Shown in pieces: positions 50,890-60,594 of a stretch of 64,000 nucleotides of DNA (within the stretch, counting starts at the first letter, position 1; every line of letters begins with the position of its first letter). The position numbers were made by a program, and so were the translations under genes. The DNA comes from Planktothrix tepida (GTDB taxonomy: Bacteria > Cyanobacteriota > Cyanobacteriia > Cyanobacteriales > Microcoleaceae). The DNA lies in the NCBI RefSeq assembly GCF_904830955.1, contig NZ_LR882970.1; one strand, 5' to 3'. The notes under the pieces were generated by a model. The model was not told where the DNA came from and did no database searches. It saw nothing but the letters and a program-made list of their open reading frames with translations.

Positions 50890-51876
50890 CTAGAAATTGC
50901 TGGCATCTATTGTTAAATTTTCTGACTGTTTGTTAACCTTCAACTTTTCTGCAATCATCCCGGCTGTGGGGGTTTTGAGATCCCAAGCTAAACCTACTTT
51001 TTGGAGAGCCAGAATCACCCCACCGCCAATATCAATTTGCCACCATTTCAGACCTAACAAGGCTGAGTGTGGAAAAGCATGATGATTGTTATGCCAAGCT
51101 TCTCCAAAGTTGGCTAGAGATAGCCAGAATGTGTTGTGGCTTTGCTCTTCGGTATCAAAGGGGCGTTGTCCATAATAGTGAGCAATGGAGTTAATCGTCC
51201 AAAAGGCATGATTAACCCAAAAGATTCGCACCAATCCCCCCCAGAGAAATCCTTGTAAAATGCCTATCCAAGTTCCCGTGAGAAGTCCGTCTACAATTGC
51301 CGGAATGGCTAAACCCAGGATAACCCAAGTCAGATAGAAACGATTGACTTTGGTAATTATTGGATCTCTGAGCAAGTCTTTAGCAAAAACAACCGTATTG
51401 GTAACGTCACTGTTCAACATCCAAGCAACTTGACCATGCCACAATCCCCGCAGAGTTGCCCATTTTTCTCCTTTGTATATTAAGGGGGAGTGGGGATCCC
51501 CTGGGCGATCGCTATACTTATGATGCCGACGGTGAATACTTGCCCATTGAATAACAGGCCCTTGAGCGGACATACATCCTAATATTGCTAACAGGATTCT
51601 AATGACTGTATTTGTCTTAAAAGCACCGTGAGCAAAATGTCGATGAAAACCCACTGTTATTCCCAGCATTGTCAAGGTATACATGACCAGAAATAGTCCA
51701 ATGTCTACTGAACTGATCCCAAACTTAAAAGTTGTATAAATGGCTATTAATAACCCAAAAAAAGGAATCAAGATAGTAGCAAAGGCGTAACGCTGTTGCA
51801 GGGATTTAAGATAATCATTTTCTAGGGTGATCTTGGGGCTTATATTGGGTGTTGGGCTATCCACGGGTATAGACAT
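50890..51876 (-). CDS. Membrane fatty-acid desaturase, paralog 4
   Basis: His boxes HRHFAH, HRRHHKYSD, HNNHHAFP. Only 5 nt separate it from paralog 3. Confidence 0.85.
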   Translation of the reverse strand: MSIPVDSPTPNISPKITLENDYLKSLQQRYAFATILIPFFGLLIAIYTTFKFGISSVDIGLFLVMYTLTMLGITVGFHRHFAHGAFKTNTVIRILLAILGCMSAQGPVIQWASIHRRHHKYSDRPGDPHSPLIYKGEKWATLRGLWHGQVAWMLNSDVTNTVVFAKDLLRDPIITKVNRFYLTWVILGLAIPAIVDGLLTGTWIGILQGFLWGGLVRIFWVNHAFWTINSIAHYYGQRPFDTEEQSHNTFWLSLANFGEAWHNNHHAFPHSALLGLKWWQIDIGGGVILALQKVGLAWDLKTPTAGMIAEKLKVNKQSENLTIDASNF

Positions 51877-51936
51877 TGATCTTTCCTCAATTTACCTAGG
51901 TTTAAATAGCAGGGGAAAATTTAAAACTCAAGGAAT

Positions 51937-53682
51937 TTATAACTCCGATTTTCCAATCTTTCCCCCGACAATATTGAGAGTTTCGCACAGAAACTTTTCT
52001 TTGCAAATACGCCGTTGAATTTTGCCACTGGAAGTTTTAGGAATACTCCCCGTTTTAATCAGTACCGTGCCATAAGCCTGGATTTCATGTTGCTGCATGA
52101 TGGCTTCGCCGATTTCTGCTACGACCTCTTTGACATTCAGATGTCGTAAATGTGTCCGTTCGACTTCAGCTACTATGACTAACTGCTCTGTATTATCTTT
52201 TTCTATTGCAAAAGCTGCACAACAATTGCCTCGCAACGCTGGATGGCTGGTTTCTACTGTTATTTCAATATCTTGGGGGTAATAATTGCGACCTCTAATA
52301 ATAATCATATCTTTCATCCGTCCCGTGATGAATAGCTCACCCTCTCGCAAAAATCCTAGATCTCCAGTGCGGAGAAACGGCCCATGATGAGGATCTGCTA
52401 GATAAGCTCCAAAGGCTTGTTCTGAAAGTTCCGGTTGGTTCCAATAGCCTTGGGCAACACTTTCACCCGATACCCAGATTTCCCCGACTTGACCTGAATG
52501 ACATTGCTGAAAAGATTCGGGTTCAACGATGACAATTTTGGTATCTAGCCAACCTCGTCCACATCCAACGAGATGTCTAACATTTTCAACGTCTTTAGAT
52601 GCTTCTGTCACCCCATTTTGCTCTAATGCGTCGGCTGCAACGGTGCAGTAAATGGGTTCTTCTTGAACCAGTCCCCCTGAAATCATTAAGGTAGATTCAG
52701 CCATCCCATAGCAGGGATAAAAACTCTTAGCCGGGAAACCACAAGGGGCAAATTTAGCAATAAAACGCTCTAAAGTTTCTCTCCGCACGGGTTCAGAACC
52801 ACTGTAAGCACTTTCCCAGCTACTGAGGTCGAAGGTTTCAAGTTGTTCATTGGTAATCTTCTGAACGCAAAGATCGTAGGCAAAATTAGGCCCGCCGCAG
52901 TGGGTTGCTTTGTAGTTTGTAATTGCCTGTAGCCATCGCCAAGGGTGTTGGATAAAACTTTCGGGTTTCATCAATACGCCCATAAATCCGGTGTACAAAG
53001 GCTGAATAATTCCATCAATTAGACCCATATCATGAAAACTGGGTAGCCAGCTAACCGATATACTGTCTTGTGTCAGTTGAAAGGCTTGTTTGATATACTG
53101 CGAATTGTGGAGTAAATTACCATGAGTTACCATTACTCCTTTTGGTGTTCCTGTCGATCCAGATGTGTATTGGAGAAAAGCTAAAGAATCTATTGTTGTT
53201 GTTGATTTCTCCCAATTTGAAGCTAGATCAATACTAATTTCATCGCTAACTATTAAAGGTAAAGTTGCTAATTCGGGATAATGAGTTAGTTGTGATTTGA
53301 GTTTGCTGAATAGAGATGTTGTAGTTAGTGCTAATGTTGCTTGTGAATCTGATTTGATTGTTAAAAGCCGAGTTGCTGGTCTGTTGGGTCGAGGAGGATT
53401 AACAGGAACTGCGATCGCATCAGCATATAAACATCCAAAAAAAGCACTAATAAATTCTAAACCGGGTGGATATAATAATAATACTCTTTCGCCCCGATTA
53501 ATTTTCTGACCCAGTTGATAGGCAATTGCTCTGGCTTTTTGATCCAATTCTTGATAGGTTAATTGATCTGATTCTTGTTCTCCATTTGGAAGAAACTTAA
53601 ATGCTATTTGGTTAGGTTGAGCAACGGCCTGATCCCGTAGTATTTCTACTAAAGTTAAATCCCTTTTTTCTATTTTCCCCAT
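51937..53682 (-). CDS. Fatty acyl-AMP ligase (FAAL)
   Basis: LQYTSGSTGTPKGVMVTHGNLL AMP-binding motif, with the FAAL-type insertion and a C-terminal GKIQRR block. Confidence 0.85.
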   Translation of the reverse strand: MGKIEKRDLTLVEILRDQAVAQPNQIAFKFLPNGEQESDQLTYQELDQKARAIAYQLGQKINRGERVLLLYPPGLEFISAFFGCLYADAIAVPVNPPRPNRPATRLLTIKSDSQATLALTTTSLFSKLKSQLTHYPELATLPLIVSDEISIDLASNWEKSTTTIDSLAFLQYTSGSTGTPKGVMVTHGNLLHNSQYIKQAFQLTQDSISVSWLPSFHDMGLIDGIIQPLYTGFMGVLMKPESFIQHPWRWLQAITNYKATHCGGPNFAYDLCVQKITNEQLETFDLSSWESAYSGSEPVRRETLERFIAKFAPCGFPAKSFYPCYGMAESTLMISGGLVQEEPIYCTVAADALEQNGVTEASKDVENVRHLVGCGRGWLDTKIVIVEPESFQQCHSGQVGEIWVSGESVAQGYWNQPELSEQAFGAYLADPHHGPFLRTGDLGFLREGELFITGRMKDMIIIRGRNYYPQDIEITVETSHPALRGNCCAAFAIEKDNTEQLVIVAEVERTHLRHLNVKEVVAEIGEAIMQQHEIQAYGTVLIKTGSIPKTSSGKIQRRICKEKFLCETLNIVGGKIGKSEL

Positions 53683-53838
53683 TATTAATACTCAAAAGCT
53701 ATATACAGCACATCTACGACATACTACCATTGTTACAATGCCTAAGTGAAGTACCACTGTCAACGTTTCACTAATGGCAGTGGGTACTCCTGCTTCATAG
53801 ACAAACGCCTCGCCCCCTACTCCCCAAAACCCAGATCA

Positions 53839-55350
53839 CTAAAATACTTCTAAATCTGAAAACCGCCCCATTTTTTGAGCCTGTGCAGCTTCACCACAAG
53901 TCGGAGGTGTGGGAAACATCTTACCTGGATTTGCCAAACCTTGAGGATTAAAAGCTAGGCGCGGCCATTGCATGGTATCTAAATCAATATGATTAAACAT
54001 TTCCGGCATCAAACATTTTTTATCAGCACCAATACCATGTTCTCCAGAAATACTTCCACCCACTCTCACACAAAGTTTTAGAATTTCGCCACTTAATTCT
54101 TCAACCTGTTTAAAAGCACCAGGAACGGAATGATCATAAAGAATGACTGGATGTAAGTTGCCATCACCCGCATGAAGGGCATTAGCAATACGATACCCAT
54201 ATTGATTTCCTAAAGCTGAAATTTCCTTAAGAACAGCGACTAATTGAGTCCGAGGGATCACTCCATCTTGAAGAAAATAATGACTTTGATAACCTAATGC
54301 AATTAGGGCTGTTTTACGTCCTTGCCAAAGTTTGATTCGCCTTTGTTCGTCACTAGCAATGATTACATTTCTGGCTCCGTTTTGTTGGCAAATTTTAGCA
54401 ACCTGCTGTTTACTGCTTTCAACTTCTACTGCTAAACCATCAACCTCTATCAACAAAACTGCCTCAGCATCTCTAGGATAACATCCGGTATTAATAACAT
54501 CTTCAATCGCTTTAATCGTAGTCCCATCCATTAATTCCATTGCCGCCGGAATTATTCCAGCACTAATAATATGAGTAACCGTATCACCTGCGGCTTCAAT
54601 AGTGGTAAAGTCTGCTAGAACAGTACCAATGGCTTCAGGTGTTTTAATAATGCGTAAAGTAATTTCTGTGGCAATACCTAGAGTGCCTTCTGAACCGATA
54701 AATAAACCCGTGAGATCATAACCGGGCATTTCTGAAATGATTCCCCCAACATCAACTACAGAACCGTCAGGAATTACCAATTTTAATCCCAAGACATGAT
54801 TCGTTGTTACTCCATATTTCAAGCAATGAATACCCCCCGCATTCTCCGCAATGTTACCCCCAATTGTACAAACCGTTTGACTGGAAGGATCTGGTGCATA
54901 ATAAAAACCTTTACCACTAATGGCTTGAGTCACCCAATTATTGATCACACCAGCTTGCACAATAATTCGCTGATTTTCTAGGTCAACTTTTAAGATTTTG
55001 TTCATTAAGGTGGTGACAATTAAAACACAATCTTCAACGGGTAGTGCACCTCCAGATAAACCTGTTCCCGCACCCCGCGTCACCCAAGGAATTTGGTTTT
55101 CATAACAGATTTTTACTACCTCTGCTACTTGTTCAGTAGTGCGGGGTAGTACCACTAATGCGGGACGTTGACGATAGCTTGTTAAACTATCACATTCATA
55201 GGTGAGCAATTCTTCCTGACGTTGGACAACTCCTTTTTTACCCACAACCGCCTCAAATTTTGGGGCAATTTTTTGCCATTGAGACACGCCATGGCTCTTC
55301 TGTACTTGTAGAGGAGAGGCGATATTCTGATTAATCATTTTGTCGATCAC
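53839..55350 (-). CDS. FAD-linked oxidase, GlcD/D-lactate dehydrogenase family
   Basis: FAD-binding PCMH domain (VVLPRTTEQVAEVVKICYENQIPWVTRGAGTGLSGGALP) plus a C-terminal FAD-oxidase domain. Confidence 0.8.
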   Translation of the reverse strand: MIDKMINQNIASPLQVQKSHGVSQWQKIAPKFEAVVGKKGVVQRQEELLTYECDSLTSYRQRPALVVLPRTTEQVAEVVKICYENQIPWVTRGAGTGLSGGALPVEDCVLIVTTLMNKILKVDLENQRIIVQAGVINNWVTQAISGKGFYYAPDPSSQTVCTIGGNIAENAGGIHCLKYGVTTNHVLGLKLVIPDGSVVDVGGIISEMPGYDLTGLFIGSEGTLGIATEITLRIIKTPEAIGTVLADFTTIEAAGDTVTHIISAGIIPAAMELMDGTTIKAIEDVINTGCYPRDAEAVLLIEVDGLAVEVESSKQQVAKICQQNGARNVIIASDEQRRIKLWQGRKTALIALGYQSHYFLQDGVIPRTQLVAVLKEISALGNQYGYRIANALHAGDGNLHPVILYDHSVPGAFKQVEELSGEILKLCVRVGGSISGEHGIGADKKCLMPEMFNHIDLDTMQWPRLAFNPQGLANPGKMFPTPPTCGEAAQAQKMGRFSDLEVF

Positions 55351-55388
55351 GCTAAAATAAAAAACGATATCCCTCGATTAAACATACC

Positions 55389-55646
55389 ATGACGGCTAAA
55401 GTAGAAATTTACACTTGGACTTATTGCCCTTTTTGCCCTAGAGCCAAAGCCTTACTTAAGAAGAAAGGGGTTGAATTTACTGAATACTCTATTGATGGGG
55501 ATGAAGACGCTAGAGCTAAGATGGCAGAACGAGCTAATGGCAGACGGAGTGTTCCTCAAATTTTCATCAATGATCAACATATTGGTGGTTTTGACGATAT
55601 TTCCGCATTAGATAAGCAGGGAAAACTGGACGAACTTTTACAATAA
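55389..55646 (+). CDS. grxC: Glutaredoxin 3
   Basis: CPFC active site, TVPQIFI and GGFDD motifs. 85 aa. Confidence 0.9.
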   Translation: MTAKVEIYTWTYCPFCPRAKALLKKKGVEFTEYSIDGDEDARAKMAERANGRRSVPQIFINDQHIGGFDDISALDKQGKLDELLQ

Positions 55647-55695
55647 CAGTATTCAAAGCCCACGTCTTTCAAGCGTGGGATGTAGAATACCTGCC

Positions 55696-56817
55696 TTAAT
55701 GGTCAAGTTCTTGCTTGACCAGTTCTTGAATATCTTGGGTAATAATTGAGCGAATATCAGTACCTTGATCATACATTTTTAACCACTTTTGTGCAGTATT
55801 TCCTTCCTGTAAAATTGTTTGTATAGGTAAGAGAAAATGCTCAAAGCCTTGCTGTTTTACGAAGGGCAAAACATCATTATAAATTTCATTAATCCAATGT
55901 CGAGCTAGAATTTTTCTACCGTCTTGCCAATGTCTTAACTCAGCTTCTAAACTAGATACTTTGACGGCGGCTTCATTCGCTTTTGTTAAATCAATTAAGT
56001 CTTGTTTCCGGGTTGTTGCTGGTAATTGACTCATTTCTAAAGGGTCAATTCTCGGATCATTAATCAATTGCAAAAGCCGCGCTTCTAACAAAGCGGTAAT
56101 AGCCAGAAGAGAATGAGGATCTGTCACTAAATCACAAATTCTGAGTTCTAGCCGATTAAGATCATAAGGTCGGCGATCGCCATTGGGTCGAACATTATCC
56201 CAATGATGACGAACATTAAACATTGTTCCTGTGGCTAAATGTCCTTCTACCCATTCAATATATTCGGCCTGATTTTCAAATAGGGGAATATGATATTGAG
56301 AATGGGGTAAAATGTGCCAGCGTGTAGAGTGATAACCCGTAATTTGATTATCCAGAAATGGAGAGGAAGCACTTAAGGCTAAATATAAGGGTGCTTCCAT
56401 TTTAATCAGCCGACAAGCTCGGATCAGCAGTTCTGGATCACTAAAACCAATGTTGATATGAACACTAGCAGTAACCACATTAGTTCCGTGGTTGCGCTCA
56501 ATATATTCTAAATAAGGATTTGTATCTCCTGAACGATAAAAGCGATCGCTTCCTCCTAATGATAATGTACTTCCAGGAATTAGGGTATATTCTCCCAAGG
56601 TTTGGAGATATTTTCTGAGTTGAATTCGCGGTAATATTAATTGACTTAAAAGCTGGTTATAGCTGGCAAGAGGTTCAGTTGTATATTCTATATGGCGCTC
56701 GTCTGTTTCTTGCATAAACCTATCCACTTTGCCGATAATTTTTTCAGCCAAAGGAATCGGATCACCTTGGGGAGTACCCAGAAATATTTCTAATTCAAAG
56801 CCTTTCGTTAATAGCAT
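55696..56817 (-). CDS. gshA: Glutamate--cysteine ligase, cyanobacterial/plant-type GshA
   Basis: MLLTKGFELEIFLG...IEYTTEP start and overall GCS2-family similarity (recalled). Confidence 0.72.
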   Translation of the reverse strand: MLLTKGFELEIFLGTPQGDPIPLAEKIIGKVDRFMQETDERHIEYTTEPLASYNQLLSQLILPRIQLRKYLQTLGEYTLIPGSTLSLGGSDRFYRSGDTNPYLEYIERNHGTNVVTASVHINIGFSDPELLIRACRLIKMEAPLYLALSASSPFLDNQITGYHSTRWHILPHSQYHIPLFENQAEYIEWVEGHLATGTMFNVRHHWDNVRPNGDRRPYDLNRLELRICDLVTDPHSLLAITALLEARLLQLINDPRIDPLEMSQLPATTRKQDLIDLTKANEAAVKVSSLEAELRHWQDGRKILARHWINEIYNDVLPFVKQQGFEHFLLPIQTILQEGNTAQKWLKMYDQGTDIRSIITQDIQELVKQELDH

Positions 56818-56822
56818 AATAT

Positions 56823-57959
56823 TTAATCCAAGTTAATGGTTTTAATTCCACTTTTTCCAGGAATTTTGGCAATTAGTAAATTAATGGCATTGACTACCGG
56901 ATCTAAATAAGCCTGGGTTAAAGTCGGATAAGGCTGAGGTTGGTTTTTGCCAATACCAAATTCTAATTTTTCCTCTTTTTCGGGTAGATATAAAGTCCCA
57001 AACATCCAGTCCCAAATTCCCAAAAACTCCCCGTAGTTCTTGTTAATGTGTTGGGGTGCTATGCTGTGATGAATTTGGTGTAGAACTGGACTTATAAAAA
57101 TATGGTTCCCTATCTTTCCATAATCAAGCCAGATGTGAGAATGGGCAAGATTACCACCTGCCATATAATATAGAGCGACCAAAAAATTCAGACCAAATAG
57201 AGTTATAACATGGATTTTACCAAAAAATAGATAAATTAGTATCCCTTGTAAAGGAGCGCTGATGGCTGTAGTAATCAGCTTTTTATTAAGTTCATATAAG
57301 GGGTGAGAACGATATAAACTAATGGGGGTCAAGACTTCACTGGAATGATGTAGACTGTGAAATTGCCACAGGATAGGATTTTGGTGATGCCAAGCATGGT
57401 TAAGGTAAGATGCAAAGTCAAAAACTGCAACAAATAAGAGGGTAAAAATCACGAGCGATCCCAAGTTTTCGGTTGTGAATCCGCCAAAATAACCAAAGGT
57501 TGCTTGCAGCCAATTATTGACTAGAGATGCTACTAATGATGTTTCAAACCACGCTAAACGCAAATTACCAGGAGCGAGAATATTATTGATGATAAAGATT
57601 TGATAATCTAGCAGGGCTGAAGGATGAAAGTAGATTTCTTTGGGGAAGCAAAAACTAAGAAATCCTTTAAAGTTAAGATCAGACTTAGGTTGCGATCGCC
57701 AATAAACCAGTCCAGCCAATAACAGAGAAGTTAATAAATATAGCCAATAAAGGCGACGGCTACCATTAAGGTGATGGAAGATTTGACTGCGAAAATATTC
57801 AAGAATTTGACCTAGTAATCTTTCTAGGTCTGCTACCCAAGTTGTTAATTCTGGTGTCATGGAATGTTTAGAAACAGAGAGTAGGGGGTGCTGAAATTTG
57901 CTAATTTTTATTACTGATTTAGCATTGGAGCCGAGACAAAAATATTTAGTCTGAGTCAA
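56823..57959 (-). CDS. Fatty acid hydroxylase / sterol desaturase superfamily membrane oxygenase
   Basis: His boxes HAWHHQ, FHSLHHSSE and LHQIHHS on a polytopic membrane scaffold. It overlaps the downstream DMT gene by 14 nt. Confidence 0.7.
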   Translation of the reverse strand: MTQTKYFCLGSNAKSVIKISKFQHPLLSVSKHSMTPELTTWVADLERLLGQILEYFRSQIFHHLNGSRRLYWLYLLTSLLLAGLVYWRSQPKSDLNFKGFLSFCFPKEIYFHPSALLDYQIFIINNILAPGNLRLAWFETSLVASLVNNWLQATFGYFGGFTTENLGSLVIFTLLFVAVFDFASYLNHAWHHQNPILWQFHSLHHSSEVLTPISLYRSHPLYELNKKLITTAISAPLQGILIYLFFGKIHVITLFGLNFLVALYYMAGGNLAHSHIWLDYGKIGNHIFISPVLHQIHHSIAPQHINKNYGEFLGIWDWMFGTLYLPEKEEKLEFGIGKNQPQPYPTLTQAYLDPVVNAINLLIAKIPGKSGIKTINLD

Positions 57960-58926
57960 CAGTAATTTCTTGAATGGCTGCTTTCTGAGAACCTTGAGCA
58001 GATTTAGCTAAATATATCCCAGCCAACACGGCAAAAAACGCTACCCAGTTGAGGATAGTGAGTTTTTCGGAAAATATTACCCAGGCTAATATGGCAGTAA
58101 TAATTGGATCAAGCAACAGAAACAAAGATACAAAACCTGATGAAAACTTTTTCAGGTTATGGAACATAATCACCGTCGCTAGAACTTGACAGAAAAGTGC
58201 GAGGGAAATTACGGCTAACCATCCATTCACGGAAATGGGAAAAATTTGATCATCAAAAATCAAAGTTATGGGTAACAGCCAAAGAGTTCTGAACAAACAA
58301 CTCCATAATATGATAGTTGTTGCCGAAAACTTAGCTCGTAGTTTTTCTGCACAGAGAGCATTGCCCGCATAAAATACAGATGAAAGTAAAGCGATCGCAT
58401 CTCCTCTAAAATGAGTGCTCGTTAAGTTAAAATCTTCAAAACCAATAGTTAACGCACCGACTGAAGCTAAAATCAAACCCATAATAAATTTGCTGTCAAA
58501 CCTGTGTTTTAAAAATAGCCAACCGCCTAAAGTGGCAAAGAATGGGGTGAAATTATGCAATAAATTGGAATTAGCGATATTGGTTTGAGTTAAAGACCAA
58601 GCCCAAGCCGTTAAATTAGCCGCACCAAAACCCGCAGCTAGTACAAATAATCCTATATCCTGAAGAGTCCAAGACTCCTGGGGTTTAGGGGGTTTCTGGG
58701 ATACTTTACTACTGATAATTGTGATGATCTCCCAAACCCCAAGGATGACAGTAGAAATCAAAAACCGATTAAAGACTGTAGCATTAGGACTAATTTCTTG
58801 TTCGCTGACTCTGATAAATATTGGTGCTAGAGACAACATAAATACTGCTAGGGGAATTAACAGTAAAGTGTTCAGAGTTGGTTTTGTTTCAGTTTGTACT
58901 TCTGGAACATTGACTGTGATAGTCAT
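57946..58926 (-). CDS. DMT-superfamily (EamA) transporter
   Basis: 10 TM helices with two EamA repeats. Confidence 0.75.
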   Translation of the reverse strand: MTITVNVPEVQTETKPTLNTLLLIPLAVFMLSLAPIFIRVSEQEISPNATVFNRFLISTVILGVWEIITIISSKVSQKPPKPQESWTLQDIGLFVLAAGFGAANLTAWAWSLTQTNIANSNLLHNFTPFFATLGGWLFLKHRFDSKFIMGLILASVGALTIGFEDFNLTSTHFRGDAIALLSSVFYAGNALCAEKLRAKFSATTIILWSCLFRTLWLLPITLIFDDQIFPISVNGWLAVISLALFCQVLATVIMFHNLKKFSSGFVSLFLLLDPIITAILAWVIFSEKLTILNWVAFFAVLAGIYLAKSAQGSQKAAIQEITVDSD

Positions 58927-59067
58927 AATTTATTAAGGAATGTTGATTGAACGGCAAGTATATACTTGGTGATGCTCAGACTACATATTGCAAGTTATTC
59001 TACAATATACCTGATTAAGCTTGATTCTATAATAGAAGATTAAGTATTTTAACTGACGAGGGGGTTT

Positions 59068-60465
59068 GGGGGAGCGATAAGTCCCACACTGAATTTCACA
59101 CTCACCAAAAGATAACCACCAAATCAGTGTGGGTTACATGGACTCCCCCAAGTTAATTTTAAGCGGTGAATCCCGACAAAATTAACAATAATATGTTAGA
59201 TTATATCTAATAGTTTTGAAAGCGATAATGTTTCAAGGGTATAAGTTCCGAATCTATCCAACGATTGAACATCAGATTGTCTTAGCCAAAAGCTTTGGCT
59301 GTTGTCGTTGGTATTGGAATTATGCCCTGAATTTGTGTCAAGAAACTTATAAACAAACAGGAAAAGGGTTATCAAGAAAAGCGATTCAAGGATTATTACC
59401 TCAACTGAAGAAGGAATATCCTTGGTTAAAAGATGCCTATTCTCAATGTTTACAAGTTGTCGCTCTTAATTTATCTACCGCTTACAAAAACTTCTTTGAA
59501 AAACGGGCTAGATTACCTCAATTCAAATCCAAACACGGTAGACAATCAATCAGTTATCCTCAAAATGTTACCTTTGAAGGGGATTATCTGAAATTACCCG
59601 GCAAGATTGGGTTGATTTATTGTCGTCGCCACCGAGAATTTGAGGGGACAATTAAAACCGTTACTATCTCAAAGAATCGTGACGGGAAATACTACGCATC
59701 CATCTTGGTTGATGATGGCAAGGAAATACCTAATTCATCAACTAATGGAAAAGCGATTGGGATTGATTTAGGATTAACCCATTTTGCAATTACCAGTGAT
59801 GGTGATAAATATAGTAACCTCAAACACTTTGCCAAACATCAACACAACTTAAAACGAAAACAACAAAAATTATCTCGTAAACAAAAAGGGAGTAATAGTA
59901 GACAAAAGGCCCGATTAAAAGTTGCTAAACTCCACGCTAAAATCGCTCGTTGCCGAGAAGATTTTCTGCACAAGCTATCCCGCAAGATAGTTAACGAAAA
60001 CGTAGAGACGTGCCATGGCACGTCTGTACTTGCTGTAGAAGATCTGGCAGTTAAGAATCTGGTCAGAAACCCTAAATTAGCTAAGGCAATTAGTGATTGT
60101 GGTTGGGGAATGTTCTGTACAATGTTGAAGTACAAAGCCGAAAAAGAAGGGAAAACCTATATCGAAATTGATCGGTTTTTCCCTTCTTCTAAAACTTGTA
60201 ATGTCTGCCTTAATCAAGTGGGTAGTTTACCCCTTGATATTAGAAGTTGGACTTGTGAAAATTGCCAAACTCTCCATGATCGAGATATAAATGCTTCAAT
60301 TAATATCAAAAATGAAGCCTTGCGGATTCTGTCGTTAGGAACTAGCGACACTGCCAATCTGAGGGGATGTAAGTCATCTGGTAAAACTTTTGTTCTATCA
60401 GATGCTATCCCCGTCGAAGTTGGAAGCCCGTACAGACGTGCCATGGCACGTCTCTACTCGTAGAG
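59068..60465 (+). mobile_element. IS200/IS605-family element carrying only tnpB (IS1341-like)
   Basis: An imperfect long hairpin at the left end (GGGGGAG..CCCACACTGA...TCAGTGTGGG..GACTCCCCC, 59068-59149), the tnpB ORF, and a right-end palindrome (60430-60457) just before the tnpB stop. No tnpA. Confidence 0.7.
59216..60463 (+). CDS. tnpB: TnpB (OrfB), RuvC-like RNA-guided nuclease of the IS605 family
   Basis: OrfB_IS605 N-terminus (YKFRIYPT), RuvC motifs (IGIDLGL...; AVEDLAVKNL), and a C-terminal zinc finger CNVCLN...CENCQTLHDRDINASINI. Confidence 0.88.
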   Translation: MKAIMFQGYKFRIYPTIEHQIVLAKSFGCCRWYWNYALNLCQETYKQTGKGLSRKAIQGLLPQLKKEYPWLKDAYSQCLQVVALNLSTAYKNFFEKRARLPQFKSKHGRQSISYPQNVTFEGDYLKLPGKIGLIYCRRHREFEGTIKTVTISKNRDGKYYASILVDDGKEIPNSSTNGKAIGIDLGLTHFAITSDGDKYSNLKHFAKHQHNLKRKQQKLSRKQKGSNSRQKARLKVAKLHAKIARCREDFLHKLSRKIVNENVETCHGTSVLAVEDLAVKNLVRNPKLAKAISDCGWGMFCTMLKYKAEKEGKTYIEIDRFFPSSKTCNVCLNQVGSLPLDIRSWTCENCQTLHDRDINASINIKNEALRILSLGTSDTANLRGCKSSGKTFVLSDAIPVEVGSPYRRAMARLYS

Positions 60466-60594
60466 AAGTGTGGGTAGTTCACGAGGCATCGCTCCAATAT
60501 TGCTAGAAGTGGTAAAATCCTAATTCAGCTATTCTCCTAGCTGCCACTATGGTTATTACTAACAATTCTCAAGCAATAAATAAAGAATATTTTT

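Noticed and set aside
59839-60444. Antisense ORFs (98 aa, 76 aa) inside tnpB
   Set aside because: They are opposite a complete TnpB with intact RuvC and zinc-finger motifs.
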